Below are positions 10,489-20,000 of a DNA stretch of 20,000 nucleotides, in pieces. The translations under genes and the position numbers were made by a program. How positions within the stretch are numbered: position 1 is the first letter of the stretch; every line of letters starts with the position of its first letter. The notes below the pieces were generated by a model. It ran no database searches. It saw only the letters and a program-made list of their open reading frames with translations, and was not told where the DNA came from. The stretch comes from Vicugna vicugna (taxonomy: Eukaryota), in NCBI GenBank assembly GCA_013265495.1, contig MU057521.1:2170026-2190025 (forward strand), in the 5' to 3' direction.

Positions 10489-10872
10489 ATCCTAACTAAA
10501 ACAATATGGATAAATAAAACCGTTGGATTTTGATCAGTGCTGTCAATTGTTCTGACCGCATGCAGAGGAAGAGGCATGACCACTGGGCTCCCAAAAATAG
10601 CCATTGTAGCCAAGTGAACCCAAATTTGGAGATTCTGGGCAGAGCTGTACACACAGAGGACCTCGCATGCTGGACATTCAGACCTTAGGACATTCGCTCA
10701 GATGTTTTTTCCACCACTGGCTTTAAAATTACTGAAAATTCCTTCCTCTTTTCTACCCAAGACCATTACTTTGTTTGACTACAATTTTTATTGCCTTGGC
10801 AGAGTGCAGTTGAGAACACGTTAAAGATGCTTTAGAAATAACCTCCCCCTTGTTCTTTGTTCCAGGCCCACA

Positions 10873-11040
10873 ATGGATGCCCTGCAACTGGCAAATTCAG
10901 CATTTGCAGTTGACCTGTTCAAACAACTGTGTGAAAAGGAGCCAGCGGGCAATGTCCTCTTCTCTCCAATCTGTCTCTCCACTTCTCTGTCACTTGCCCA
11001 AGTAGGTGCCAAAGGTGACACAGCGAACGAAATTGGTCAG
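10873..11040 (+). CDS. SERPINB5: SERPINB5 exon 2 coding part, aa 1-56 (exon starts 10866)
   Basis: Acceptor ttgttctttgttccag|g at 10865/10866; ATG in acaATGG context; MDALQLANSAFAVDLFKQLCEKEPAGNVLFSPICLSTSLSLAQVGAKGDTANEIGQ; donor CAG|GTAAGA, phase 0. Confidence 0.98.
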
Positions 11041-11690
11041 GTAAGACCCACACACCTGGTTTCTGCTTTGAGTGGGAGCAGACTTATTAGAACATGTAGG
11101 CAGCGCCCAGGGAGAAAGGAAGGAGGCTCTGCAGTCAGAACTGCTCAGGATGGCGCATTTCTCTCACTCACTTCATCTGGCTTTAAATGTGAAGGCTCCT
11201 TATCTGTCCTGCAGCCCATAGTGCCTGTTTAGAACAGACACTATGTTGTGCTAGAAAACCTGGGGATCCACTAGGTGATCACACGTTCTCCACTAACAGG
11301 TAGTCTTTGGCAAGTCGCCCGACATCTTTCTGCCTGTTTAGTTGTTAAGCATCCATCAAGATGTTGTTTATCAGATGTTCTCCTGCAAACACCCCGACCA
11401 GCAAGAGTGTAACTCTGTACCCCTCTCTGATGCACAGAAGTCACTTGCGGCATCATGCTTTCTAGCAAGATGCAGGCTCAGCTGCATTCTAGTCTATAAT
11501 GTGTTCTACCCTGTTCTAGATCCCTGTGGGATAGATGAAATATATCCATGCTGATTTCAATATAGAAATAACATTTAAAATGATCTGCCTTTAAGTAACA
11601 TGGATAAATAAGATGGGCTGTGCTTATTTTTGACAATACTCCCTGGGGCTTGAGAGTACCATCTGAGAAGAATGGACTAAGACGATGTTT

Positions 11691-11745
11691 TACACACACA
11701 CACACATGCTTATAGGTGTATGTATATACATGTGTACACATATAA
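11691..11745. repeat. (CA)n/(TA)n low-complexity tract
   Basis: tacacacacacacacatg...tgtatatacatgtgtacacatata. Confidence 0.85.
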
Positions 11746-11849
11746 ATAAAAATTTTAAGAGTTTCTTTTTGGCTATGGTTGACTCTCTTTGTAAAATTCT
11801 TAGACCCTCAGATGAGATGATTTTCCAGGTTGTTAACATTTTAAGTCCT

Positions 11850-12322
11850 TATTTACTTTTATTTTATGATTCTTAAAAATTGAGGTATAATTGACATATA
11901 ACATATTAGTTTCAGGTATACCATATAATGATCAATATTTGTATATATCACAAAATGACCATCACATCAAATCTAGTTAATAGCCGTCACCATACAGAGT
12001 TAGAAATTTTTTTTCTTTTTTTTCCCACTAAATCATGTTTTATTTGGTTTGTTTCATATTTGGGCTTTCTTTTTCTTTTCTTTTCTTTTTTTTTAAATTT
12101 TTTCTTTTATTGAGTTACAGTCATTTTACAATGCTGTGTCAAAAATTTTTTTCTTGTGTTGAGAACTTTTAAGATCTACTCTCTTAGCAACTTGCAAACA
12201 TGCAATACAGTATTCTTAAGTATAGTCCCCATGCTGTGCATTACATACTCATGACTTATTTTATAAATGGAAGTTTGCACCTTCAGAACCCCTTTACCCA
12301 TTTCACCCCCATCCCCAACCAG
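11850..12322 (-). mobile_element. L1 3' end (L1MA9-like), interrupted by a younger insertion at 12018-12142
   Basis: ttgaggtataattgacatataac...ttagtttcaggt...gagaacttttaagatctactctcttagcaac...caatacagtatt...ccatgctgtgcatta. Confidence 0.88.
12018..12142 (-). mobile_element. Heavily 5'-truncated younger L1 with A-tail and putative 3' transduction
   Basis: Minus strand: ttgacacagcattgtaaaatgactgtaactcAATAAA, A-rich tail, ~42 nt unique with a second AATAAA, oligo-A. Flanked by aaattttttttctt (12004-12017) and aaatttttttctt (12143-12155). Confidence 0.72.
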
Positions 12323-13104
12323 TTACCTTTAGATAGTAAGTGGAAGTCCATCAATTCCATTCCATTATTATTCTTTGATCATTCTAGTTCAACAGATACT
12401 TTCTTGCTGTGAGGTCATAAGCATTTAAAAAGGGGGTTCTTCTTATACCCATAAATCCCCCAAAAGTGTGGCCCACAGAATGTAATTTGGGTCAAGTTGA
12501 AGAATTTACACTCGCAGTTGACTGGGACTTGACAAGGAAACTTCCTTTGTGGGAAGAGGAGCTGTATCTTCTCATCTGTCCTCCTCTTTCAACTCCCAAT
12601 CCTTATGCCATCTCTCATTCCTCATTTCTCATCTCCCATTAGAGAGGGGACAGAAAGGCGACTTCCTGGCAGGGAGTCTGTTCCTCAGTAATAATAACGA
12701 AGGTCTTTTCAGGACATGCAGTTTTTCGCCTGCGGTAGTTACTTGGGTCCTTTAATTTTCTGGTCCTTTTGCCTGCCATTAGGCATGAGAGTTAGGCACG
12801 GCCTCAGACCAGCCCGTTTGTCCCTTCGATACTGAGGCTGTGTGACTCATCCGTACATTGTGTCCGTTTAGTGATGTTACCTGAGGTGTGGCATCAGCAC
12901 ATGGTTATTATGAGTGAGGAATGAGGAGAGAATCACCTTATCCTGTCAACACGTTTTGGGCTCGATGAAACAGTGGACTCTGGGCTATTGATTGGCACAA
13001 TGGAAAAGTTACGAACAAAATAAAAGGATTTAAGCCCCCTAGGAGATAACATCCTAGTTTTGCGTGGCTTAGAACATTACTATAAGAATAATTACTAACG
13101 TTTT

Positions 13105-13290
13105 GAATCCATATGATATTTTAGGTGTGCTGCACAGAATGTCTGTATGCCTCATAGCAACTCAGAAGAGTAGGTATCCTCAGTCCATTTTACAGAGGGG
13201 AAGGTGAGGTTCTGAACTGTTGAGCAGGATTGCATTTCTAGTAGGTACAGGCTGGGATGCAAAGGCAGGCTATCTGACTGTAGCCCTCCT
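13105..13290 (-). mobile_element. MIR
   Basis: cctcatagcaactc...gtaggtatc...ccattttacagaggggaaggtgaggttc. Confidence 0.75.
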
Positions 13291-13590
13291 GGGCAACCCC
13301 CCATCTCCAGCAGCTGCCTACATTCAGTGATGCATCAGCCATTTGGCAGTTGTTAGAGCAACTGAGGGGACTAGATAGGCCCCGGCTAGAGACACCTCTA
13401 TCCTGGAATCTGATTCCTGCCTAGTGATTGTCTCTTTGGAATTAATCTCTTTCTTCTTGTCTCTAAATTGGATAGAAATCAGAACTCAACTTCCCTCTTT
13501 TCCAAGTTTGGAAAAGGGCAGAGAGGCATCATTCTGAAGAAAGGGCTCATTTTCCTTAGAGTCAATTCAAGAGCAGAGGGGCCTTTATGG

Positions 13591-13798
13591 CAGGGTTTCT
13601 CAGCTGGGGACAGTTTTCCCCCTTCCCTACCCCAGCCTTCTCCGGGACACTGGGCAACATTTGAAGACATTTTTGTTGTCACAAATGGAGGAAGGAGCAT
13701 TTCTGGCACCCAGTAGGCGAGGATACTCAAGAAAGCCCCCCTACAACACAGAATTGTCCAGGCTGATACGTCAGTACCGCTGAGGTGGAGAAACCTTG
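13591..13798 (+). mobile_element. MER20 (hAT-Charlie), near full length
   Basis: cagggtttctca...gaagacatttttgttgtcacaa...ctggcacccagtagg...acaacacagaattgtcc...ctgaggtggagaaaccttg; both TIRs visible. Confidence 0.92.
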
Positions 13799-13915
13799 CT
13801 TTCCAGGAACAATCAATGGTCAGGATGAAGCCCCAGGAGGCTGACCATGACCATGTGTCCATTGCAGCGGGAAGACGCGATGCTTCACGGGTCATGGGTT
13901 TTCCTCTCTTCACAG

Positions 13916-14053
13916 GTCCTTCATTTTGAAAATGTCAAAGATGTGCCCTTTGGATTTCAGACAGTAACATCGGATGTCAACAAACTTAGTTCCTTTTACT
14001 CACTGAAATTAATCAAACGGCTGTACGTGGACAAATCTCTGAATCCTTCCACA
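13916..14053 (+). CDS. SERPINB5: SERPINB5 exon 3, aa 57-102
   Basis: Acceptor ttttcctctcttcacag|; VLHFENVKDVPFGFQTVTSDVNKLSSFYSLKLIKRLYVDKSLNPST; donor ACA|GTAAGT; 138 nt. Confidence 0.98.
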
Positions 14054-14892
14054 GTAAGTGGTTCAAAGCAATTAGAGATTTGACTGTTTACCAGGAGTGG
14101 CATTTTCTCATGCTTGGACCAACAACCTTTTTTCCTGTGAAATTAATTCCTAAGATGCTCATTTATGATTCATTTAAAATAAATTAGTTCTAGTGGAGAG
14201 GTTAAGTAGAGCAGGAATCAACTGCAGTCACATAGTGTAGTTTAAAATATAGGGAAGCTGTGAGCTTCCTTTTCCTTCTCAAACACTTGCAGGATCCCAC
14301 CCTTCCTCTTAGCTTCCTCCCTGAGAGAAATGGAAAATGGGGTTATTAACTCTCTAATAAATGTATCTCTAAAGATGCAAGACAGCTCAGGATTTAAACC
14401 TCTTTCTTCTTAAACAGCAGGGCATGTGGCCTGGGACCACATTTTAAGTTCTTTACCTCATTTGTTTATGCGCACAGTGTTCTCCTGATGTTTCTCAAAA
14501 TCAAGAAGAAAAATAATAACTGTATGAATTAATGGTTTTCATCAGTCACAAATAGGTTCTGTTTATTGGACAAGGCTGGTCATGTGGGTATCTATATAAG
14601 GTAGCTGTGATAATTTCAGCTATTTCTTGAATCATATAAAGAACACTGTGATGTCCATAATTTGATCCCAGAGTATATCATAATATTTTTTAAAAATCTG
14701 TATTTGAAACACATAGCCAACATCCTCGACTATATAGATGTTCATTCTCTTCTTTAGTAATGCGGAGTTGATTCAATCTGTGTTTGGATGGCCAGAATTT
14801 CAAGCTTTCCAAATCTAAAAGGGAGATTTCCATTGCTTTCCATTGCTCTTGTTGGTTGTATATCATCTACCAATTTACTAGTAACAATACAA

Positions 14893-15048
14893 ACAAGTGT
14901 GGTCTGAGGAGGGCCACCTGTGTCAGATCTACCCGGGTGTTTGTAAAAAGTGCAAATTGCTGTCCTCAGATTACTTGAATCAAGATCGCCAGGGACAGGA
15001 TTTAGGGTTTTGCATTTTTAGCAAGCATTATAATTAGAAACACCGCTC
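14893..15048. mobile_element. MER5-family fragment, degraded
   Basis: aagtgtggtctg...tcagatctacccgggtgtttgtaaaaagtgcaaatt...gaatca...tgcatttttagcaagc. Confidence 0.6.
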
Positions 15049-15060
15049 TGTTCTGTAAAG

Positions 15061-15226
15061 CACTGTATTTCCATCTTTACTGTGTAGATGAATCACTTGG
15101 GAATCTTGTTGAAAATGCAGATTCTGATTCAGTAGGTCTGGGATGGGACTTGAGATTCTACATTTTTAACAAAGTCCCAGGTGATGCTGCGACTTTTGGT
15201 CCTTGGACCACACTTTGAGTAGCAAG
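15061..15226. mobile_element. MER5A1-like (hAT-Charlie)
   Basis: gaatcacttgggaatcttgttgaaaatgcagattctgattcagtaggtctggg...cccaggtgatgctg...ggaccacactttgagtagcaag. Confidence 0.9.
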
Positions 15227-15675
15227 CACAGAATCATTATTTCAGTGGTTAGATTTTTCTTCTCACACAGTTCTCTTTTTGGTACATTTCTTCTATTCTA
15301 AGACATACACATGTAAGTATATATATATACTTACGTTTTATATATATTTATATTTTAATGTTTCTGGAATTGGAATCTATATTATAATTGTTTTGTGCAT
15401 TTAGCATAGTGTTTCTTTTTTCCCCCCAAACTGATACTAAATTGATGAGGCATTTAATAATTGATATTGTCTTGGAACTGAATATATGAACCATTAATAC
15501 AAAGAAAATTCATTGATTTTTACATGAGGTTTCGATTTATATCGGGTTACAGATTTTGAAGGAGTATTCATGGTAATAGACATTCAGAAGTCCTTCTGTT
15601 AGAGTTGTGTAACAGTGACGTGCTCTGGCGACAGGCCTTACGGACGTTGTGATTTTGTGAACTGGTGTTTTTCAG

Positions 15676-15793
15676 GAGTTCATCAGCTCTACGAAGAGAC
15701 CCTATGCAAAGGAAATGGAGACCGTTGATTTCAAAGATAAATTGGAAGAAACAAAAAGTCAGATCAACAACTCAGTTAAGGAACTCACAGACG
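15676..15793 (+). CDS. SERPINB5: SERPINB5 exon 4, aa 103-141 plus first base of Gly142
   Basis: Acceptor gtttttcag|; EFISSTKRPYAKEMETVDFKDKLEETKSQINNSVKELTD(G); 118 nt; donor ACG|GCAAGT (GC type). This frame is not in the supplied ORF track. Confidence 0.96.
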
Positions 15794-16729
15794 GCAAGTA
15801 TCTTTTACGTATTCTGCTATAACCCCCTAAGTAAACAGACCGTGTCTTCTCAGGCATCTTTCTGCTAAGTTATAAAATTGAACGTCTGGGGATTTCCTTG
15901 GCTGTTTTCGGTAACAAGCTAAATTCTTGCCCGTCGAGCCATTCCAACCACTTGGATTTCTGGGCATTTCCTGCATCATGTCATCACTTGGCAGAGGTTC
16001 CGGGTGCTTCAGTTTTAGTCTGCCTCGCCGTGCGGGCTTGCTCTCCAGCGAGCTGCCACGTGCCCTCCTGGAGCCTTAGCTGTGTCCCCGACGAAGTATG
16101 GCTTTGGGCAAGTTCCAGGCTGGTTTTTCAATCTGGAAATGAAGGACTTGGACTATGACTTGATAGTCCCTGAGGCCACTTTCAGCTCAAAAATTCTACA
16201 AATTTATGGTGGAAAAAAGGCAGACGGTCTTAGGCAATCAGGTACACATATAGAAAAAGCAAAACAAAACAAACCACGGTGGAAGCTTGTTTTGGGTCTC
16301 ATGACTTGCCGTCCCAGTCGGTCCCCCGATAGCCCCGAGGTCTCTTCTGCAGCCTCTACCTGGCCCTGCACCTGGCTCAGTGCTTCCCCCAGACCTCTCC
16401 CTTCCCGGACTCCTCCCTCCACTAAAATTCTCTGTGAGTTGTCCTTCTTGCTAGAAAGGAATTGAGACCAAGATGAATTTGGGGTGTGAATCAGTGTTCA
16501 CGTGCTCCTTCCCGGGTACCTATTTGTATAGGGAGGGACCTCTTGTGACACGGCACCTGATTGTGAAAGAACAAACTGGGTTTTTCAGGTGCCACTGAAG
16601 TGGCCCAAGTCTAGGGAGAGATCTACTTCTGTAGCAAGAGAGGCAGACTCCCTGTGAGGAAGGCCAGCGTGGTCCTCTTGCTGCACTGACTCAGGAATGA
16701 TGGAGCCCAGGCTCTTCACTGAGTGGGGG

Positions 16730-16925
16730 CCTGGAAAGAACACGGTCTGGGAGTCATGCAAGACCTAGATTCAAATCCAGACATTGCCACTTATTAACTG
16801 AGGTATTTGGATATGGAGCCTCAGTTTACCAAACTGTAAAGTGGGGCATATGTTATCTTTCACATAATTTAATTTTCACATGGTGGTTGTGAGGATCAAA
16901 TTAGATAATGTATATGAACAAATAA
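16730..16925 (+). mobile_element. MIR
   Basis: ggaaagaacacgg...ggagtca...agacctagattcaaatcc...gagcctcagttt...ctgtaaagtgggg...gttgtgaggatcaaattagataatgtat. Confidence 0.85.
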
Positions 16926-17340
16926 TATATGGTAGCCATAGAAACATATGTACACACACAAATGTATACATACATATATATTTGTTATTAAAATGAAGTT
17001 TCTTTGGCTTTATATGTAAAGAAAAATCTGGTCTAAGTAATACCAGGTTAGGCATAATTCTAAAAAGTATAAGCAAAAAGCAGCTCCTATTTAAATTTCT
17101 GTGCAACAGTTTTGTCTTTAAAATTGTTAGATAATTACAATTTCTCTCCAAGGTACATCCTCCATTTAAAAAGTCTGTGTAAATTTAAGGTTTTGACTGG
17201 AGAAGGTAGCTGAGTGAAAGGACTTGTGAATTTGAAATCAGAAGCTTGAGGTTCAAGTTGAAGCACAGCCTCTTACTAGCCCTCCCCCTCCTACTTCTTC
17301 AGGGACACTATTTCCTGTTCAACACATCATATGGTGCTGG

Positions 17341-17501
17341 CGGGCCCGGTCACATCATTTGTGGGTCCCAGTGCAAAATGAAAATGAAGGGCCCTTTATT
17401 AAAAACTGTGTTAAGAACTGTAAGATGGTAGCAGCAGAGCAGCAGAGCATGAAACCCCTGGAGGCTCTTCACACAGAGTCACAGCCCCATGAAGTGGCCT
17501 G
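17341..17501. mobile_element. MER45A-like (hAT-Tip100)
   Basis: atttgtgggtcccagtgcaaaatgaaaatgaagggccc...ttaagaa...cagcagagcat...cccatgaagtggcctg. Confidence 0.85.
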
Positions 17502-17749
17502 AGCCCTGGGGTGAAGATGGAGAGACATTAGGTAAATGAAAATCCTTTGCAGAAAAAGTCAATGCTCCTCAAAGGCGAGGACTTAATTTTGTCAAGGGAT
17601 TATCACCTTCGAGCTGTTTCCACTGGGGATTTTTGGTCGAAGGTAGTTAGTTGTTCTGGAGCCTAAGGTGGTGACTACTGACCTTGATGCAGCCAAGGTG
17701 CGATTTGGGGAGGCGGGAAGAGGAGAGCGCTGTCCTGGCATCAGACATG

Positions 17750-17915
17750 CTTTGCAGCTGAGTGACCCAGGAAAGCCACTTGGCCTCTCTGAGCCTCAGT
17801 TTCCTCAACTGTAAAATGGGGATAATGATCTTTGCCCCAAAGCATCATCCTGAGAGAAGTGGGTAAGATACATGGCAGTACCAAACACAGACCAGGTGGG
17901 AAGTAAGTGCTCTCA
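17750..17915 (+). mobile_element. MIR
   Basis: agctgagtgaccc...cacttggcctctctgagcctcagtttcctcaactgtaaaatgggataat. Confidence 0.88.
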
Positions 17916-17927
17916 CATTTTTCTTCC

Positions 17928-18095
17928 TGAGCACAGGTTTTGGAGTCACAAAGACCCAGCTTTGAATCCTGAATCACCCTTGGGCAGGTGATTTAACACC
18001 AAGTCTTAGTTTGCTGATCTGTAAAGTGGAGAGAAATGCATATGAGATGTCTAGCCATTGTCTGGGACAGCATAGGCATTCAACAGTGGTAGCTT
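17928..18095 (+). mobile_element. MIR (second adjacent copy)
   Basis: gagcacaggttttggagtca...gaatcctg...ccttgggcaggtgatttaac...agtttgctgatctgtaaagtgg. Confidence 0.75.
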
Positions 18096-18356
18096 GTGTT
18101 TTTCTTTTTCCTCCTCTACCTTTCTTTTCCTTCCCTTTTCTCCCTCTTTCTCCTCCTTAGGTCTCTTTGATAAATCTGATTGTGGCAAGATGGAAGGAGA
18201 GAGAGGGGTCCTTCTGAAATGAGCTGGTTTGGCCTACCAGACCTTACATGGTGGGCTCAGTATTAAATGCCCAGGGAGTGGACATGCATGTGCACATGAG
18301 CTGTGGTTTGGAAGAATAACGCTGTACAATTTGTGGTTTCCTAAAATTGTTTGCAG

Positions 18357-18499
18357 GCCGCTTCGAGAACATTTTAGCTGACAACAGCGTAAATGACCAG
18401 ACCAAAATCCTTGTGGTTAATGCTGCCTACTTTGTTGGAAAGTGGATGAAGAAATTTCCTGAATCAGAAACCAAAGAATGCCCTTTCAGAGTCAACAAG
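18357..18499 (+). CDS. SERPINB5: SERPINB5 exon 5, aa 142-189
   Basis: Acceptor ttgtttgcag|gc; (G)RFENILADNSVNDQTKILVVNAAYFVGKWMKKFPESETKECPFRVNK, containing the serpin s3A motif; donor AAG|GTATGC; 143 nt. Confidence 0.98.
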
Positions 18500-19689
18500 G
18501 TATGCGAGCTGCATGTAGCTTTCAGAGGATTCCAACTATAGATCCGTAAAATTATAGCAACCCAAGGGACTGTAGGAATTCACTCCGCTGAGGAAAATTA
18601 ACATTAAAATTAACATTCACTACCTGTGAGCATAAGGTAGTGTGCTTTTCCTGAGATGAACAGCTGGGAGGCGAGTATAGGAAAAGAACCATAATCCAGA
18701 GCCTCTTACACTTTTTCCAGAATGTCCTCAGGGTCTGATCTAAGTGAGATCTTACAGAGCTTATAACACAGTGGGTGGAGCTAAATTACCAACAGGAAAA
18801 TAGCTACATGTATTTGGGACCATTAGTAAGAAAGGAAAAGAAGAGAAGAGAAACAAACTGAATCCCAGCATCAGAGGCCTTTGGATCATCACGAGATGCT
18901 GACTGTGTGGGAATCCTGCTCTAGGTTAATAAGCTCCTCTGTGATCTCATTTCTCACCTGTTAATTGTGAAGTCAGTGGTTCTGATATTTTATTTATAAG
19001 ATGCTTTGAGGCAGGTACTTGGTGGCTGTGAAGAAAAAAGTATAGCTTATTCATCCGCCACGCTGGGAGTCGTCATGGGGAAGAATTAGAAGCCTGTATT
19101 GCAGGGAAGCCTTATAAATACTGTTGAGTGAATAATGAGGCCATATCCCACATCAAAAATAATTCATATAAATCGGTAAAGTGCCTCTTCTAGAAATGAA
19201 ACCAAAGAACCGAGACTAGAAAATTGACCCATTTCCTTAGAGGACCTTAGAGGAAGCCCCAGGAATCTATATGATGGTTTGATTTGGTCTCATTTGATGA
19301 GATCTGAGTTGTGTTAAGAGCGCAGACTCAGAACTGTGCTTGAGCTGTGTAAATGGATATGTAGCCTTGCACTAGGATTTACTTTCAAGTGAGTTCCACC
19401 AGGCATGGTTTAAAGACCTTGTAATTACAGGCATCTATAAAGATGAAGTTGAAGTTTGCCTATATTTCCAGTCATCCTGTCTTATTTTTAATGTTTTATA
19501 TATGCAAATACAGTATTATATTATGTACAGTTCCTATAATTATAAAGCACACAAATAGGTTTTCAAAAGAAGTCATAAACTCTTGACAGGGCAGCCTCTA
19601 ATGGCGTGGGTCCCCGTGGCTGCAGCTTCAAGCCATAATGATCTGAAATTATATCAAGAACAAATTGTATTTAAAAAAAAGAACAAATT

Positions 19690-19770
19690 GATGTATATGT
19701 GTGTATAGTTGTTTGTGTATATATACGTGTATAGATTTGGGTGTGTGTGTGCGCGTGTGGTGTGTGTGTG
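19690..19770 (+). repeat. Imperfect (TG)n/(TA)n microsatellite upstream of exon 6
   Basis: gtgtgtgtgtgcgcgtgtggtgtgtgtgtg at 19741-19770, preceded by TG/TA-rich sequence. Confidence 0.9.
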
Positions 19771-19806
19771 AAAAGCAAGCAGAGCAAATTTCTTCTCCTT
19801 TTCCAG

Positions 19807-19974
19807 ACGGACACCAAACCAGTGCAGATGATGAATACGGAGGCCACGTTCTGTATGGGCCACATTGACGGTATTAACTGTAAGGTCATAGAGCTTCCCT
19901 TTCAAAACAAGCACCTCAGCATGCTCATCCTGCTGCCCAAGGATGTGGAGGATGGGTCCACGGGGCTGGAGCAG
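19807..19974 (+). CDS. SERPINB5: SERPINB5 exon 6, aa 190-245
   Basis: Acceptor tttcttctccttttccag|; TDTKPVQMMNTEATFCMGHIDGINCKVIELPFQNKHLSMLILLPKDVEDGSTGLEQ; donor CAG|GTGAGG; 168 nt. Confidence 0.98.
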
Positions 19975-20000
19975 GTGAGGAGGGAGCGGGTGTTCAGCAC

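Larger units (their letters stand above)
5329..20000 (+). other. SERPINB5: SERPINB5 (maspin) gene, exons 1-6, 3'-partial; TSS approximate
   Basis: Five coding exons splice in frame to MDALQLANSAFAVDLFKQLCEKEP...KDVEDGSTGLEQ (245 aa), recognisably maspin. Coding exon sizes 168/138/118/143/168 fit the 7-exon clade B serpin layout. Confidence 0.98.

Noticed and set aside
11041..11232. C-terminal part of ORF 10873-11232
   Set aside because: Read-through into intron 2; maspin similarity ends at the GTAAGA donor.
13479..13913. Longest ORF in the track (144 aa, minus strand)
   Set aside because: Runs through MER20 and intronic DNA; no protein family signal.
15665..15868. ORF overlapping exon 4
   Set aside because: Wrong frame; the maspin frame starts at 15676.
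18280..18300. CATG cluster resembling a p53/p63 element
   Set aside because: Core spacings (4, 8 and 12 bp) and flanks do not fit two adjacent RRRCWWGYYY half-sites.
18594..18617. Tandem duplication AAAATTAACATT x2 (also CCTTAGAGGA x2 at 19235-19254)
   Set aside because: Ordinary slippage micro-duplications with no sign of function.
10873..19974. Possibility that this SERPINB5 copy is a pseudogene
   Set aside because: No stops or frameshifts in 245 codons and splice phases are consistent; the GC donor is an accepted variant.
1..20000. CRISPR arrays, tRNA/rRNA genes, operon-like or other novel multi-gene systems
   Set aside because: None seen; the window is explained by one known spliced mammalian gene plus interspersed repeats.

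Overview
This is mammalian genomic DNA holding the 5' part of SERPINB5 (maspin) on the + strand. It covers about 5.3 kb of upstream sequence, the promoter (~5080-5345), a non-coding exon 1 ending at 5461, and coding exons 2-6 (10873-11040, 13916-14053, 15676-15793, 18357-18499, 19807-19974). These splice into an intact frame for residues 1-245; the last exon, with the reactive-centre loop, lies beyond the window. The rest is ordinary eutherian intergenic/intronic DNA with old repeats (L1ME, L1MA-type, L2, L3/CR1, MIR, an MLT1 solo LTR, MER20, MER5, MER45A, MADE2). I see no Alu or other young SINE. One short L1 3' end resembles camelid L1s as I remember them, a weak taxonomic hint. I found no new multi-gene system. 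The best observations are a GC-AG intron after exon 4, a nested L1 insertion with an apparent 3' transduction, a compact ATF4/NRF2/NF-kB motif cluster ~4.2 kb upstream, and an upstream ATG plus internal donor in exon 1 that could give a uORF or an in-frame N-terminal extension. All comparisons to human sequence and repeat consensuses are from memory, not from a search.
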